Translations under genes and position numbers: made by a program
From: Actinophytocola sp.
GTDB taxonomy: Bacteria; Actinomycetota; Actinomycetes; Mycobacteriales; Pseudonocardiaceae
NCBI RefSeq assembly: GCF_049647105.1
Contig: NZ_JBARWZ010000147.1
Coordinates: 10,754 to 74,753 of the forward strand
DNA: 64,000 nucleotides
Reading direction: 5' to 3'
The notes under the pieces: generated by a model
The model's database searches: none
What the model was told of the DNA's origin: nothing
The model's input: the letters and a program-made list of their open reading frames with translations, nothing else
Shown: positions 20,115-28,861 of the stretch, one piece after another
Numbering within the stretch: the first letter of the stretch is position 1
How the letters are laid out: the number at the start of each line of letters is the position of its first letter

Positions 20115-22451
20115 ATGACCACCTCAAGCAAGGAGAGCGGGCTACGCATCGGGTTCAAGCGGCACCTGCGGGCACACGTCGTCCGCGGGGAGGCGGTGTA
20201 CCTGCTCTCCGAGCGTGACGCGACCTCCGTGGCGGGTGCGCACGTCGAGGCGCTCGCTCCACTCCTCGACGGCAGCCGTGACCTGGCGGAACTGTGCCGG
20301 GACATCCCCGATGGGCTGACACTGGCGGAGGCGGGCTCGGTCGTGACGAGCCTCGTCGACGCCGGGCTGGTGGCGCTGCGTGAGCCCACCGAGGACGCCG
20401 ACCCGCCGAGCCTCGCCTACTGGGAGGCCGCTGGCCTTGAGCCAGCGGGGGTCGTGCGCACGGTGCGGAACACGTCGGTCTCGACGATCTTCCTCGGCGC
20501 CGACGACGGCGCCGACGACGGCATCGACGCCGTCACCGCGACCGCCGCCCTGCGCGCCGCCGGGCTGACCACCGTCCCCGGCAGTGCCGACCGGCTCACC
20601 GACGACACCGCCCTGTCGGTCGTGCTGTGCGAGGACTACCTCGACCCGGCGCTGCCCCGCATCGACGCACTGCACCGCGCGGCGGGCCGCCCGTGGCTGC
20701 TCGCGAAGCCGGGTGGCACACAGGTGTGGATCGGGCCGTTCTTCGGACGGCGGGAAGACGACCAGGAACACGAGCCCGCCGCCTGCTGGCACTGTCTCGC
20801 GCACCGGCTGCGCGGCCACCGCCAGGCCGAGACGCACCTGCGGACCAGGCTCGACCACCAGGTCCCGCTCATCCCGCCCTCGGTGTCGCTGCCGCCGCTC
20901 GGCGCGGCCGCGATGCACCTCGTCGCGCTGGAGGCGGTCAAGTGGGTCGCCGGCATGCGCACCGAGAGCCAGCGCGCGGTGTGGACGCTCGACAGCCTCG
21001 ACCTGAGCGGTCGCCGCCACGAGCTGCCGGCGCGCCCCCAGTGCCCGTCGTGCGGGGATTCCGGCCTCATGAGCGAGCAGGCGCGCCGCCCGGTCACCAT
21101 CGAGCACCGGAACAAGACCAGCCGCTCCGGCGGCGGGCACCGGTCGAGCCCGCCGGAGGACGTGCTCGCCGCCCACGAGCACCTGATCAGCCCGGTCACC
21201 GGCATCCTCAAGGAGATCACGAAGGACTCGCGCGGCCCGTCGTTCTTCAACTCCTTCCGCGCAGGGCCCAACCTCGCGCTGAACGCGCGCAGGCACTTCG
21301 ACCACCTGCGCTCGGCCCGCGCGGAGAACGGCGGCAAGGGCATCACCCCGCTGCACGGCAAGGTGAGCGCGCTGTGCGAGGCGATCGAGCGGCACAGCGG
21401 CTACTTCCACGGCGACGAGGAACGTGTCGTCGCGAGCTATGCGCAGCTCGGCGACGACGCCGTGCACCCGCGCGAATGCCTGCTGTTCGACGAGCGCCAG
21501 TACGCAGGCCGCGCGGAGTGGAACTCGACGCACTCTTCGTTCCAGTACGTGTGCGAGCCGTTCGACGAGCACGCGGTGACCAGCTGGACGCCGGTGTGGT
21601 CGCTCACGCAACAGCGGCATCGCCTCCTGCCGACCGGGATGCTGTACTTCGACGTCCCCGCCGAGCACGGCGGCGGCGGCTCGCTTTCTGCCGACTCGAA
21701 CGGCAACGCGGCGGGCAGCAGCCTGGAGGACGCGTTGCTCCAGGGCCTTTTCGAGGTGGTCGAGCGCGACGCGGTCGCGCTGTGGTGGTACAACCAGACC
21801 AGAGCGCCTGGGGTCGACCTCGACAGTTTCGGGGTGCGCTGGATCGATGAGTTGCGTGCGGTGTACGCGGCTCTCCATCGCGACGTCTGGGTGCTGGACG
21901 TGTCCTCGGACGTTGGGATTCCAACCATGGCCGCGCTGTCTCGTCGCACCGACGGGTCGCCAGAGGACGTCATGTTCGGATTCGGGGCACACCTCGATCC
22001 GCAGGTGGCGCTGATCCGCGCGCTCACCGAGATGAACCAGTTGATGCCGGCGGTCGTGTCAGCTCGCGACGGTGAAGACTACGACTGGTCCGACCCCGAC
22101 GCCGTGCACTGGTGGCGCACCGCCACCTGGGACGGCATGCCGTACCTGCGGCCAGATCCCGCGGTGCGGCCACGCACACCCGCCGACTACGCGCACGTCC
22201 CCACCACGGACCTCCACCAGGACATCACCGATGTCCAGCGGCGGCTGGAACGACTGGGTCTCGACGTCATGGTCCTCGACCAGACCCGCCCCGACGTCGG
22301 GCTCCCCGTGGTGAAGGCGATAGTGCCGGGTATGCGGGGCTTCTGGGCGCGCTTCGCGCCCGGCAGGATGTTCGACGTGCCCGTCCGGCTCGGCCGTCTC
22401 GACGCGCCGACGCCGTACGAGCAGTTGAATCCGATCCCACTATTCGTGTGA
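20115..22451 (+). CDS. Fused E1/ThiF-like leader-binding domain + YcaO cyclodehydratase (TOMM/LAP azoline-forming type)
   Basis: ATG 20115 lies 4 nt after GAGGAGA; the track start at 20004 is an extension. The N-terminal half has two CxxC pairs (CWHCL, CPSCG) as in E1-like docking domains. The C-terminal YcaO half has GKG.T...A...ALCEAIERHSG, NGNAAGSSLEDALLQGLFEVVERDA and a proline-rich C-terminal tail NPIPLFV. Confidence 0.9.
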   Translation: MTTSSKESGLRIGFKRHLRAHVVRGEAVYLLSERDATSVAGAHVEALAPLLDGSRDLAELCRDIPDGLTLAEAGSVVTSLVDAGLVALREPTEDADPPSLAYWEAAGLEPAGVVRTVRNTSVSTIFLGADDGADDGIDAVTATAALRAAGLTTVPGSADRLTDDTALSVVLCEDYLDPALPRIDALHRAAGRPWLLAKPGGTQVWIGPFFGRREDDQEHEPAACWHCLAHRLRGHRQAETHLRTRLDHQVPLIPPSVSLPPLGAAAMHLVALEAVKWVAGMRTESQRAVWTLDSLDLSGRRHELPARPQCPSCGDSGLMSEQARRPVTIEHRNKTSRSGGGHRSSPPEDVLAAHEHLISPVTGILKEITKDSRGPSFFNSFRAGPNLALNARRHFDHLRSARAENGGKGITPLHGKVSALCEAIERHSGYFHGDEERVVASYAQLGDDAVHPRECLLFDERQYAGRAEWNSTHSSFQYVCEPFDEHAVTSWTPVWSLTQQRHRLLPTGMLYFDVPAEHGGGGSLSADSNGNAAGSSLEDALLQGLFEVVERDAVALWWYNQTRAPGVDLDSFGVRWIDELRAVYAALHRDVWVLDVSSDVGIPTMAALSRRTDGSPEDVMFGFGAHLDPQVALIRALTEMNQLMPAVVSARDGEDYDWSDPDAVHWWRTATWDGMPYLRPDPAVRPRTPADYAHVPTTDLHQDITDVQRRLERLGLDVMVLDQTRPDVGLPVVKAIVPGMRGFWARFAPGRMFDVPVRLGRLDAPTPYEQLNPIPLFV

Positions 22452-22456
22452 ACGTG

Positions 22457-23950
22457 ATGTATTACGCGGGCGGCGTGTGCATGCACACCGAGGAGCGACA
22501 AGTGCCATCCGAAACCGGCACTCCACCCGACGTGAGCCTTCCCCTGTGGTCCTTCAGGGACGACGTGGTCATCGAGCCTGCTGCGGGCGGCAGCCTGATC
22601 GTGCTGACCCGATGGGGAGATGTCCTGGTGGACTCGCCCGCGCCGGCGATCGTGGACAGCCTGTACCGGATGACGCTGGGACCGGTCGAGCTCACGAACG
22701 TCGACGGCCTTGACCGCGACGACCTGCTCACCGTGCTCGCACGGTTGCCGGGCTGCGTCGTGCGGTCGCTCGGCCTGAAGGAGACGGCGACACCGCTGCT
22801 GTCGGCGGTGCCCCTCTCGCCAGGCGATGTCCTCGAACTGCCCGGCATCGACGACAAACAGCCGGTCCGGCTGTCCCGGTTCGCGATCGTCCGGGAGACC
22901 GGCGGGGAGCTGGTGGTCGAGTCGCCGCTGTCGCACCACCGGGTCGTCCTGCACCGGCCGCTGACCACGTGGGTGGTCGGCGCGCTCGGACGGCCGACCA
23001 CCGCGAGTGCCATCGCGCAGGGCATCAACGTGACCAGGGGCCTGATGACCGAGATGCTCGCCTACCTCGTGGCCACCGGGATGGTCGTGACCGGCGAGAC
23101 CGGCCGCGCTAGACCCGTCTTCGCCGAGGACACCGACCCCGATCTGCGCACCTGGTCCCCGCACGATCTCCTGTTCCACTCCCGCAGCAGGCTCGGCAGG
23201 CACGACGACGCCGCGGGGGCGGCGTTTCGCAACGTGTCCGACCTGCCGCCACTGCCCGTCGTGCGGCCGGTGCCCGCAGGCACCCGGTTCCCGCTGCACC
23301 AACCGGATCTGTCCGTGCCCGCGCCGGGCGAGCTGTCGCTGACCGAGGCCGTCGAACAGCGGCACTCGGTGCGCGAGTTCGCCGACGACGGCCCCTCCGT
23401 GCATCAGCTCGGCGAATTGCTGTTCCGGACCGCGCGGGTCCGCTCGCAGACCGAGGCGGTCGGCGCGGGCGGGGTGCGCTACCGCGTCTCGGAGCGCCCG
23501 TACCCGAGTGCCGGGTCGCTGTACGAGCTGGACCTGTACCTCACCGTGGACCGCTGCGACGGCCTGCCGCGCGGGATCTACCACTACGACCCGGAAGGCC
23601 ACGCGCTCACGCTCGTCAACGAGAACGCCGCGCACGCGGACGAGTTGCTCGACAGCGCGATGGTGCAGCTGGGGACGAGCGGGCGACCGCCGACGCTCAT
23701 CACGATGACCGCCAGGATGGGCAGGCTGTCGTGGGTGTACGACGGCATCGCCTACGCGACGACGCTCAAGCACGTCGGCGTACTGCAGCAGACGATGTAC
23801 CTGGTCGCGACGATGCTGGGGCTCGCACCGTGTGCGGTCGCGACCGGCGACAGCGAGATGGCGACGGCCGCGTTCGGGCTCGACTGGCCCGCCGAGGTCA
23901 GCGTCGGCGAATTCGTCGTGGGGCTGCCGCTTACCCAGGTTCCGTCATGA
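22457..23950 (+). CDS. SagB-type FMN-dependent (nitroreductase-fold) dehydrogenase with N-terminal extension
   Basis: RPYPSAGSLYELDLYL, GIYHYDP.GH.L and ATTLKHVGVLQQTMYLVATMLGLAPCAV are typical of SagB/ThcOx-type azoline oxidases. The start is ambiguous: GTG 22448 (GTGA overlap with the YcaO stop), ATG 22457, ATG 22481, or GTG 22502 (6 nt after GAGGAG). The stop at 23950 is firm. Confidence 0.85.
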   Translation: MYYAGGVCMHTEERQVPSETGTPPDVSLPLWSFRDDVVIEPAAGGSLIVLTRWGDVLVDSPAPAIVDSLYRMTLGPVELTNVDGLDRDDLLTVLARLPGCVVRSLGLKETATPLLSAVPLSPGDVLELPGIDDKQPVRLSRFAIVRETGGELVVESPLSHHRVVLHRPLTTWVVGALGRPTTASAIAQGINVTRGLMTEMLAYLVATGMVVTGETGRARPVFAEDTDPDLRTWSPHDLLFHSRSRLGRHDDAAGAAFRNVSDLPPLPVVRPVPAGTRFPLHQPDLSVPAPGELSLTEAVEQRHSVREFADDGPSVHQLGELLFRTARVRSQTEAVGAGGVRYRVSERPYPSAGSLYELDLYLTVDRCDGLPRGIYHYDPEGHALTLVNENAAHADELLDSAMVQLGTSGRPPTLITMTARMGRLSWVYDGIAYATTLKHVGVLQQTMYLVATMLGLAPCAVATGDSEMATAAFGLDWPAEVSVGEFVVGLPLTQVPS

Positions 23951-24108
23951 CGGAACGCGCCTGGTCAGATGCGGTCCGTGGTGTGCATTCCGGGTTGCGC
24001 CGAACGGCCCCGACCGACCGCTGGGAAGCGGATAATGATTACTGCGTAGCCACCCGCCCGCGTGGTAGAACACATGGCGAATCGGGCAGCTCGGAGGTAC
24101 ATCCGCGA

Positions 24109-24714
24109 ATGATCAAGGTCATGCTGGCCGAGGACATGCACATGGTCCGCGGAGCCCTCGTCGCGCTGCTCAACCTCGAGCCCGACATCGAGGTGGTGGC
24201 CGAGGTCTCCAACGGCACCGACATCCTGGCCACCGCACAGAAGTTCAGACCGGACGTCGCCGTGGTCGACATCGACCTGCCCGGCAAGGACGGACTGACC
24301 GCGGTCGGCGAGGTCCACGAGCACCTGCCGGAGATCCGGACACTGATCCTCACCGGGCTCGGCAGGCCGGGGAACCTGCGCCGCGCGTTGTCGGCGAAAG
24401 TGGCGGGCTTCCTGCTCAAGGACGCGCCACCGGCCCAGCTGGCCGACGCCATCCGCAGTGTGGCGGCGGGACAACGGGTCGTCGACAGCCAGCTCGCGAT
24501 GGCGGCGTGGGACAGCGCGGAATGCCCGCTGACCGCACGGGAGACCGAGGTGCTCCGCCTCACCGCGGAAGGGTTGCAGGCAGTCGACATCGCGTCACGC
24601 CTGTTCCTGTCGGTCGGCACCGTCCGCAACTACCTGACGACGGTCATCGGCAAGCTCGCCGCCCGCAACCGCGTCGACGCGATCCGCATCGCCCGCGAAG
24701 CGGGCTGGCTCTGA
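24109..24714 (+). CDS. NarL/LuxR-family response regulator
   Basis: MIKVMLAEDMHMVRGAL...VVDIDLPGKDGL receiver domain plus a C-terminal LuxR HTH (LTARETEVLRL...VGTVRNYLTTVIGKL). GGAGG lies upstream of ATG 24109. The in-frame upstream extension has poor GC3. Confidence 0.9.
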   Translation: MIKVMLAEDMHMVRGALVALLNLEPDIEVVAEVSNGTDILATAQKFRPDVAVVDIDLPGKDGLTAVGEVHEHLPEIRTLILTGLGRPGNLRRALSAKVAGFLLKDAPPAQLADAIRSVAAGQRVVDSQLAMAAWDSAECPLTARETEVLRLTAEGLQAVDIASRLFLSVGTVRNYLTTVIGKLAARNRVDAIRIAREAGWL

Positions 24715-24737
24715 GCGTTCCCCGGGTGGCAAGCCAA

Positions 24738-24780
24738 GAAGGCGCTTCCGGGACACAGTCCGTGTCCTGAAAGCGCCTTC
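24738..24780. terminator. Imperfect 19-nt-arm inverted repeat between the convergent response regulator and kinase genes
   Basis: gaaggcgcttccgggacac-agtcc-gtgtcctgaaagcgccttc, with 2 mismatches. It belongs to the AAAGCGCC-type hairpin family also seen near 15705-15745, 37840-37880 and 50020-50070. Confidence 0.55.
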
Positions 24781-24797
24781 GAGACAACCGGCCCGCG

Positions 24798-25958
24798 TCA
24801 GCGGTCCATGCGCAGCGGGACATCCACCTTGAGCCGGAACATGTTCGGCTCGTGTTCCACCGTCACCGAACCGCCGATCTCCCCTGCCCGCACCGACAGG
24901 TTGTGAAGCCCGCTACGACCACGATCCTCAGGCACCTTCGGATTCGGCTGCACATCGTCGTTGACGATCTCCAACATCGCCCGATCGTGAGACTGAAGAA
25001 TCGTTATCTCACAGTGCTTCGCCTTGCTGTGCCGTAACAGGTTCGTCACGCCTTCCCGCAACACCGTCGCGAGCACCGTGCTCACCCGAACCGGCAGATC
25101 AGTGTGGTCACTGTCCAGCTTCACACTGATGTCAGCCGCCTCCAGCACCGACACCGCCGACCGGCACTCGTCCTCCAGCGACAACTCCCGGTAGCCGGTC
25201 GCCACCGTCCGCGCGTCGGACAACGCCAGCCGGGAGATATCCAGGATCTCCAGTAACTGGTCACTCGCCTCCTGCGGCGACTTCTCCAGCAACCGATGCG
25301 TCAACTCGATCTTCAGGGTTATCGCCGAAAGGCTGTAACCAAGCAGATCATGCAGGTCACGCGCGAACCGCAGCCGCTCACGCAACACCGCCATCCTCGC
25401 GATCTCCGCACGCGTCGACTGCACCTCGACAACCAACGCCGTCAACCTCGACAACCCGTAGACCACCAACCCCGTGGTCACCGTCGAGATCGACGTGTAC
25501 AAGATGTCCACCGGCGTACCAGTGAACATCAACTGCGCAAACCCCATACTTGCGACGATCAGCGAAAACGCCGCCCACGCCGCGACCGGCCGCAGCACCA
25601 ACAGCACGCTCCCGGCCAGGAACCCCGGCATACCCACCCACGCCTGACCGAAGACCAGAATGGGGAGGTAGACCAGACATGCCTGTGCCGCGAGGATCCC
25701 GTAGCCGAGCCGCGACCGCAGCGGCGCGTTCGACCGGCCATACCACAACAGTTGCATCACCAGTAGCGCGACGATACAGCCGAACGACAGCACGATCTCG
25801 CCCACACCGATGGGCAGGAACAGCACGTGCAGGAACCCGATCAGGCTGATGCTGACGAAAACCGCGGTGACCACGCCGACCGCGAGACGCGGGGCGGGGA
25901 ACGAGACGGTTCTGTCTCCTTCGGACGTCAGGTGTCCTGGTGTGGTGGAGGAGTCCAT
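24798..25958 (-). CDS. Membrane sensor histidine kinase, HisKA_3 (DesK/NarX-like)
   Basis: The N-terminal half is multi-spanning hydrophobic. It has the phospho-acceptor box RFARDLHDLLGYSLSAI and an HATPase region (LREGVTNLLRHSKA, GSGLHNL). Visibly lower GC than its neighbours. Confidence 0.9.
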   Translation of the reverse strand: MDSSTTPGHLTSEGDRTVSFPAPRLAVGVVTAVFVSISLIGFLHVLFLPIGVGEIVLSFGCIVALLVMQLLWYGRSNAPLRSRLGYGILAAQACLVYLPILVFGQAWVGMPGFLAGSVLLVLRPVAAWAAFSLIVASMGFAQLMFTGTPVDILYTSISTVTTGLVVYGLSRLTALVVEVQSTRAEIARMAVLRERLRFARDLHDLLGYSLSAITLKIELTHRLLEKSPQEASDQLLEILDISRLALSDARTVATGYRELSLEDECRSAVSVLEAADISVKLDSDHTDLPVRVSTVLATVLREGVTNLLRHSKAKHCEITILQSHDRAMLEIVNDDVQPNPKVPEDRGRSGLHNLSVRAGEIGGSVTVEHEPNMFRLKVDVPLRMDR

Positions 25959-26545
25959 GGTGGGCCCCTGTCCCGCTACCGTAATCGGGGCGCGTCCGAG
26001 GGGCGGACAACAGCTTGTATGCCCTCGTCCGCGATGGGGTGATACTGCGGTGAACGCGAAACGTACACGAGCCTAACTCCTTGCACCCGAAGGAATCCCC
26101 GTCGCACTTGTGCCATGCGACCTGTTCGCCATGCCGTTGCGACACGACGGGCGAGGTTCCCCAAGGATACGACCGGCAGATCGACGACAGCAGCGCATGC
26201 CGGGTCGCGTGCGGTGCGTCGAACCGTCATCCGGCCCACCGCCCACCGTCCCGGCACCGGTACCGATCGTCATGCCGCCCACACCCGATCCTCACCGTTC
26301 TGCCACAGAAACGCGTAGAAATGACATGCCACTGGAGAGAATAGACGATATAGGCGACCGTTGGGTAAATTGATTGCGGCGTCAACCTGGAATCGCTACC
26401 ACATTTGACCAGCTCAAATAAAGCCCGAAGACGCGCGCCGTACGTTCCCACAGGGTTTTGACACTTGTCAAGGAGTTCGGAGACAGTTCCTCCGGGTTGC
26501 TGTCGCCGGGCGCGTTGACAGATGCAAAGGACTACGCCGGACGCC

Positions 26546-27121
26546 CTATCGCCTCGCCGCGGGGGTGCTCCGCAGGCCGAGTCCGAGCGCCTCGACCAGC
26601 TCCCGGCGGGCCCGCGCGACGCGGGACCTGATGGTCCCGACCGGACACCCGCAGACCTGGGCCGCCTCCGCGTACCCCATCCCGAGCACCTGCGTCAGCA
26701 CGAAGGCGTCGCGCCGGTCTCCCGCCAGCGTCCTGACCGCGAGGTTGATCGATACCGTGTCGTCGATCCCCGGCAGGCCGGACATGACGCGCTCGTCGGC
26801 GGCCGCCTGCCAGTCCGCGTCGGCGGCGATCTTCGGCCGGGTCGCGGCGGCGCGGAAGTGGTCGGCGGCCACCCGGCGCGCGATGGAGAGCAGCCAGGTG
26901 CGCGCGTGGCTGCGTGCGGTGAACCGGTGTGCGCTCCCCAGCGCCCGCACGAACGTCTCCTGCGTGAGGTCCTCGGCCTCCGACGCGCCCGCCAGATAGA
27001 CGAGAAACCGCCAGACGTCACGCTGCGTGCTCCGGATAAAAGCGTTCGCCGCGTCGCGGTCACCGCGCCCGGCGGCAAGTGCCAATTCGGTGATCGTCTC
27101 GTCCGCAGCTAAGTCCGCCAT
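26546..27121 (-). CDS. ECF (group IV) sigma-70 factor, SigC-like by recollection
   Basis: ATG 27121; the track start at 27343 is an extension. Region 2 (DLTQETFVRALGS..RF.ARS.ARTWLLSIARR) and region 4 (AQVCGCPVGTIRSRVARARREL) are present. The VWRF..YL and VCGCPVGTIRSRVARAR blocks match what I remember of mycobacterial SigC. This needs BLASTP confirmation. Confidence 0.85.
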   Translation of the reverse strand: MADLAADETITELALAAGRGDRDAANAFIRSTQRDVWRFLVYLAGASEAEDLTQETFVRALGSAHRFTARSHARTWLLSIARRVAADHFRAAATRPKIAADADWQAAADERVMSGLPGIDDTVSINLAVRTLAGDRRDAFVLTQVLGMGYAEAAQVCGCPVGTIRSRVARARRELVEALGLGLRSTPAARR

Positions 27122-27209
27122 GAATAGGACGGTACGCACCGAAATGCCGTGGCAGAACTGGTGAGAGCGCGATTCCAGCGAACCTCGTGCCGATAATTGA
27201 AGACCTGCT

Positions 27210-27238
27210 GGAACCGGGCACCGGATGTGCCCGACTAC
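27210..27238 (+). promoter_or_regulatory. Candidate ECF-type promoter GGAACC-N16-CGACTAC(T) for the anti-sigma gene (leaderless)
   Basis: -35 GGAACC at 27210-27215, a 16-nt spacer, and CGACTAC at 27232-27238. The GTG start is at 27245, only 6 nt after the -10 block. The same motif with the same spacing occurs at 37690-37718 on the minus strand. Confidence 0.6.
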
Positions 27239-27244
27239 TAGTAC

Positions 27245-27916
27245 GTGGACTGCGAAGAATACCGAGAAGCCCTGTCGGCCCGCCTCGACGACGAGGAGGG
27301 GCCCGGCGACACGCGACAGCCGACCGACCGCCACCTCGAGCACTGCACCGACTGCGCCCGCTGGTATGACAACGCGGCGCTGATCACCCGGCGCACCAGG
27401 ACCTCGGCCGCGGTCTCATGGCCGGACGTGTCCGACGCCGTGCTGGCGCAGGTGCCCACCGGAGCCTCCGTGACGGCCACCCGGCTGCGGGTGGCACTGG
27501 GTGTCGTCGGCACCGCACAGGGTACGACAGCCCTGGTCTCCCTCACCGGCGGCGGCGACTACCCGACGGCGGCGTGGCATTTCGCGCTGGCGGTCGCGTT
27601 CTGCGCGGTCGCCGCCCGCCGCACGCAGCCCGCCGGGCTGGTACCGCTGCTCGGCACGTTCGTCGGCGTGCTGTCGTGGGGGTACGTGACCGGCCTCGCG
27701 ACCGGCGCGACGGGGATGCTGTCGTTCCTGCTGTCCGCCGCGGGCCTCGTGCTCGTGGTGCTGCTCGGCCGCATACCGCCGTCACGACGCGGCCCGGTCC
27801 CGCCCGCGGGCGGGACGGCGCGAGTTCGCCGGGCGAGCGGCACAGACGACGAGGACGGTCCGGAAAACCGTACCCACACGGCAATTCGCCGGATCACGCC
27901 CACAAAGGCGGCATGA
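27245..27916 (+). CDS. zf-HC2-type membrane anti-sigma factor
   Basis: N-terminal C..Y...LSARLD.....HLEHCTDC zinc-finger motif, followed by several hydrophobic helices and an Arg/Pro-rich tail. Divergent from the ECF sigma gene. Confidence 0.75.
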   Translation: MDCEEYREALSARLDDEEGPGDTRQPTDRHLEHCTDCARWYDNAALITRRTRTSAAVSWPDVSDAVLAQVPTGASVTATRLRVALGVVGTAQGTTALVSLTGGGDYPTAAWHFALAVAFCAVAARRTQPAGLVPLLGTFVGVLSWGYVTGLATGATGMLSFLLSAAGLVLVVLLGRIPPSRRGPVPPAGGTARVRRASGTDDEDGPENRTHTAIRRITPTKAA

Positions 27917-27926
27917 TCCGGCGAAT
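27884..27926. terminator. 13-bp-stem hairpin (attcgccggatca ... tgatccggcgaat) overlapping the anti-sigma stop codon
   Basis: Perfect 13-nt inverted repeat with a 17-nt loop. A second GC hairpin, gggccgg...ccggccc, follows at 27928-27949. Confidence 0.5.
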
Positions 27927-28069
27927 TGGGCCGGGAGGTCACCCGGCCCGCATTCGTCCGGATGATGATCAGAATTCCCCCGCGATTACCCCTAGGAGGG
28001 CGCGCGAATAGGGTCGGTGGATGCCCGTCGTGATGCGGCGGGCGCCGCCATGCCCTGTTCGCGCGCCCT

Positions 28070-28861
28070 CTAACTTGCCTTGGCGAGCGGCCGCGCGCCA
28101 TAGGTGACCCGGACGACCCCGTCATCGTGACGCTCCGTCGCCGCGGTCACCCCGAACACCTCCGACAGCACCGACGGTGACAAGGCGTCGAGCACCGGGC
28201 CGCACGCCACGACCCGGCCGTGATCCAGCACGACGAGCCGGTCACAGCTGCGGACGGCGAGGTCGAGATCGTGCAGCACGGCCAGCGTGGTGACCCCGAC
28301 CGAGTGCACCAGCTCCAGCAGCTCGAACCGGGCCCGGATGTCCAGGTGGTTGGTCGGCTCGTCGAGCACGAGCAGCTTCGGCTCCTGCGCGAGCGCGCGG
28401 GCGAGCAGCACCCGTTGGCGTTCGCCACCGGACAGCGACCCGTAGATCCGTTCCGCGTGGTCGGTCATCCCGGTCCGCGCGAGCGCGGAGTCCACGATCC
28501 CCCGGTCGGCACCACCCGTCCGGCCGAACATGCCGTGGTGCGGGGTGCGGCCCAGCTCGGCCACCTCCCGCACGGTCAGTCCTGGCGGGGTCGGGCTGTT
28601 CTGCAGCACCGCCGCGGTGTACCGGGCGGCCGTCCGCGCCGACATGTTCCACACATCCGTCATCGTGTCGCCGTCGCCGAGCATGACCGACCCGGTGGCC
28701 GGCCGCATCGAGCGGTAGATCGTCCGCAGCAGCGTCGACTTGCCGCTGCCGTTCGGCCCGATCAGCCCGACGAACTCCCCTGGGAGCACCTCGAGGTCGA
28801 CGTCGTGCAGGATCGGCGTGCCGCCGATGTGCACGCTCACCTGCTGCACCTGGAGTTTCAT
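28070..28861 (-). CDS. ABC transporter ATP-binding protein (FepC/FecE iron-siderophore type)
   Basis: Walker A GPNGSGKST, signature LSGGERQR and Walker B LLVLDEPTNHLD. ATGA overlap with the permease stop. Confidence 0.9.
   Translation of the reverse strand: MKLQVQQVSVHIGGTPILHDVDLEVLPGEFVGLIGPNGSGKSTLLRTIYRSMRPATGSVMLGDGDTMTDVWNMSARTAARYTAAVLQNSPTPPGLTVREVAELGRTPHHGMFGRTGGADRGIVDSALARTGMTDHAERIYGSLSGGERQRVLLARALAQEPKLLVLDEPTNHLDIRARFELLELVHSVGVTTLAVLHDLDLAVRSCDRLVVLDHGRVVACGPVLDALSPSVLSEVFGVTAATERHDDGVVRVTYGARPLAKAS

Noticed and set aside
23947-24108. 54-codon N-terminal extension of the response regulator starting with an ATGA overlap on the SagB stop.
   Set aside because: GC3 of the extension is far below that of neighbouring genes. 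NarL-type receivers start at MIKVMLAED, and a GGAGG RBS precedes ATG 24109.
26081-26344. Cys-rich 87-aa ORF (MHPKESPSHLCHATCSPCRC...) as a possible YcaO precursor.
   Set aside because: It has a TTG start without an RBS and lies in a low-GC non-coding stretch with non-gene-like codon usage. It is 2 kb downstream of, and separated by two genes from, the YcaO/SagB pair. No leader-like region was recognised.
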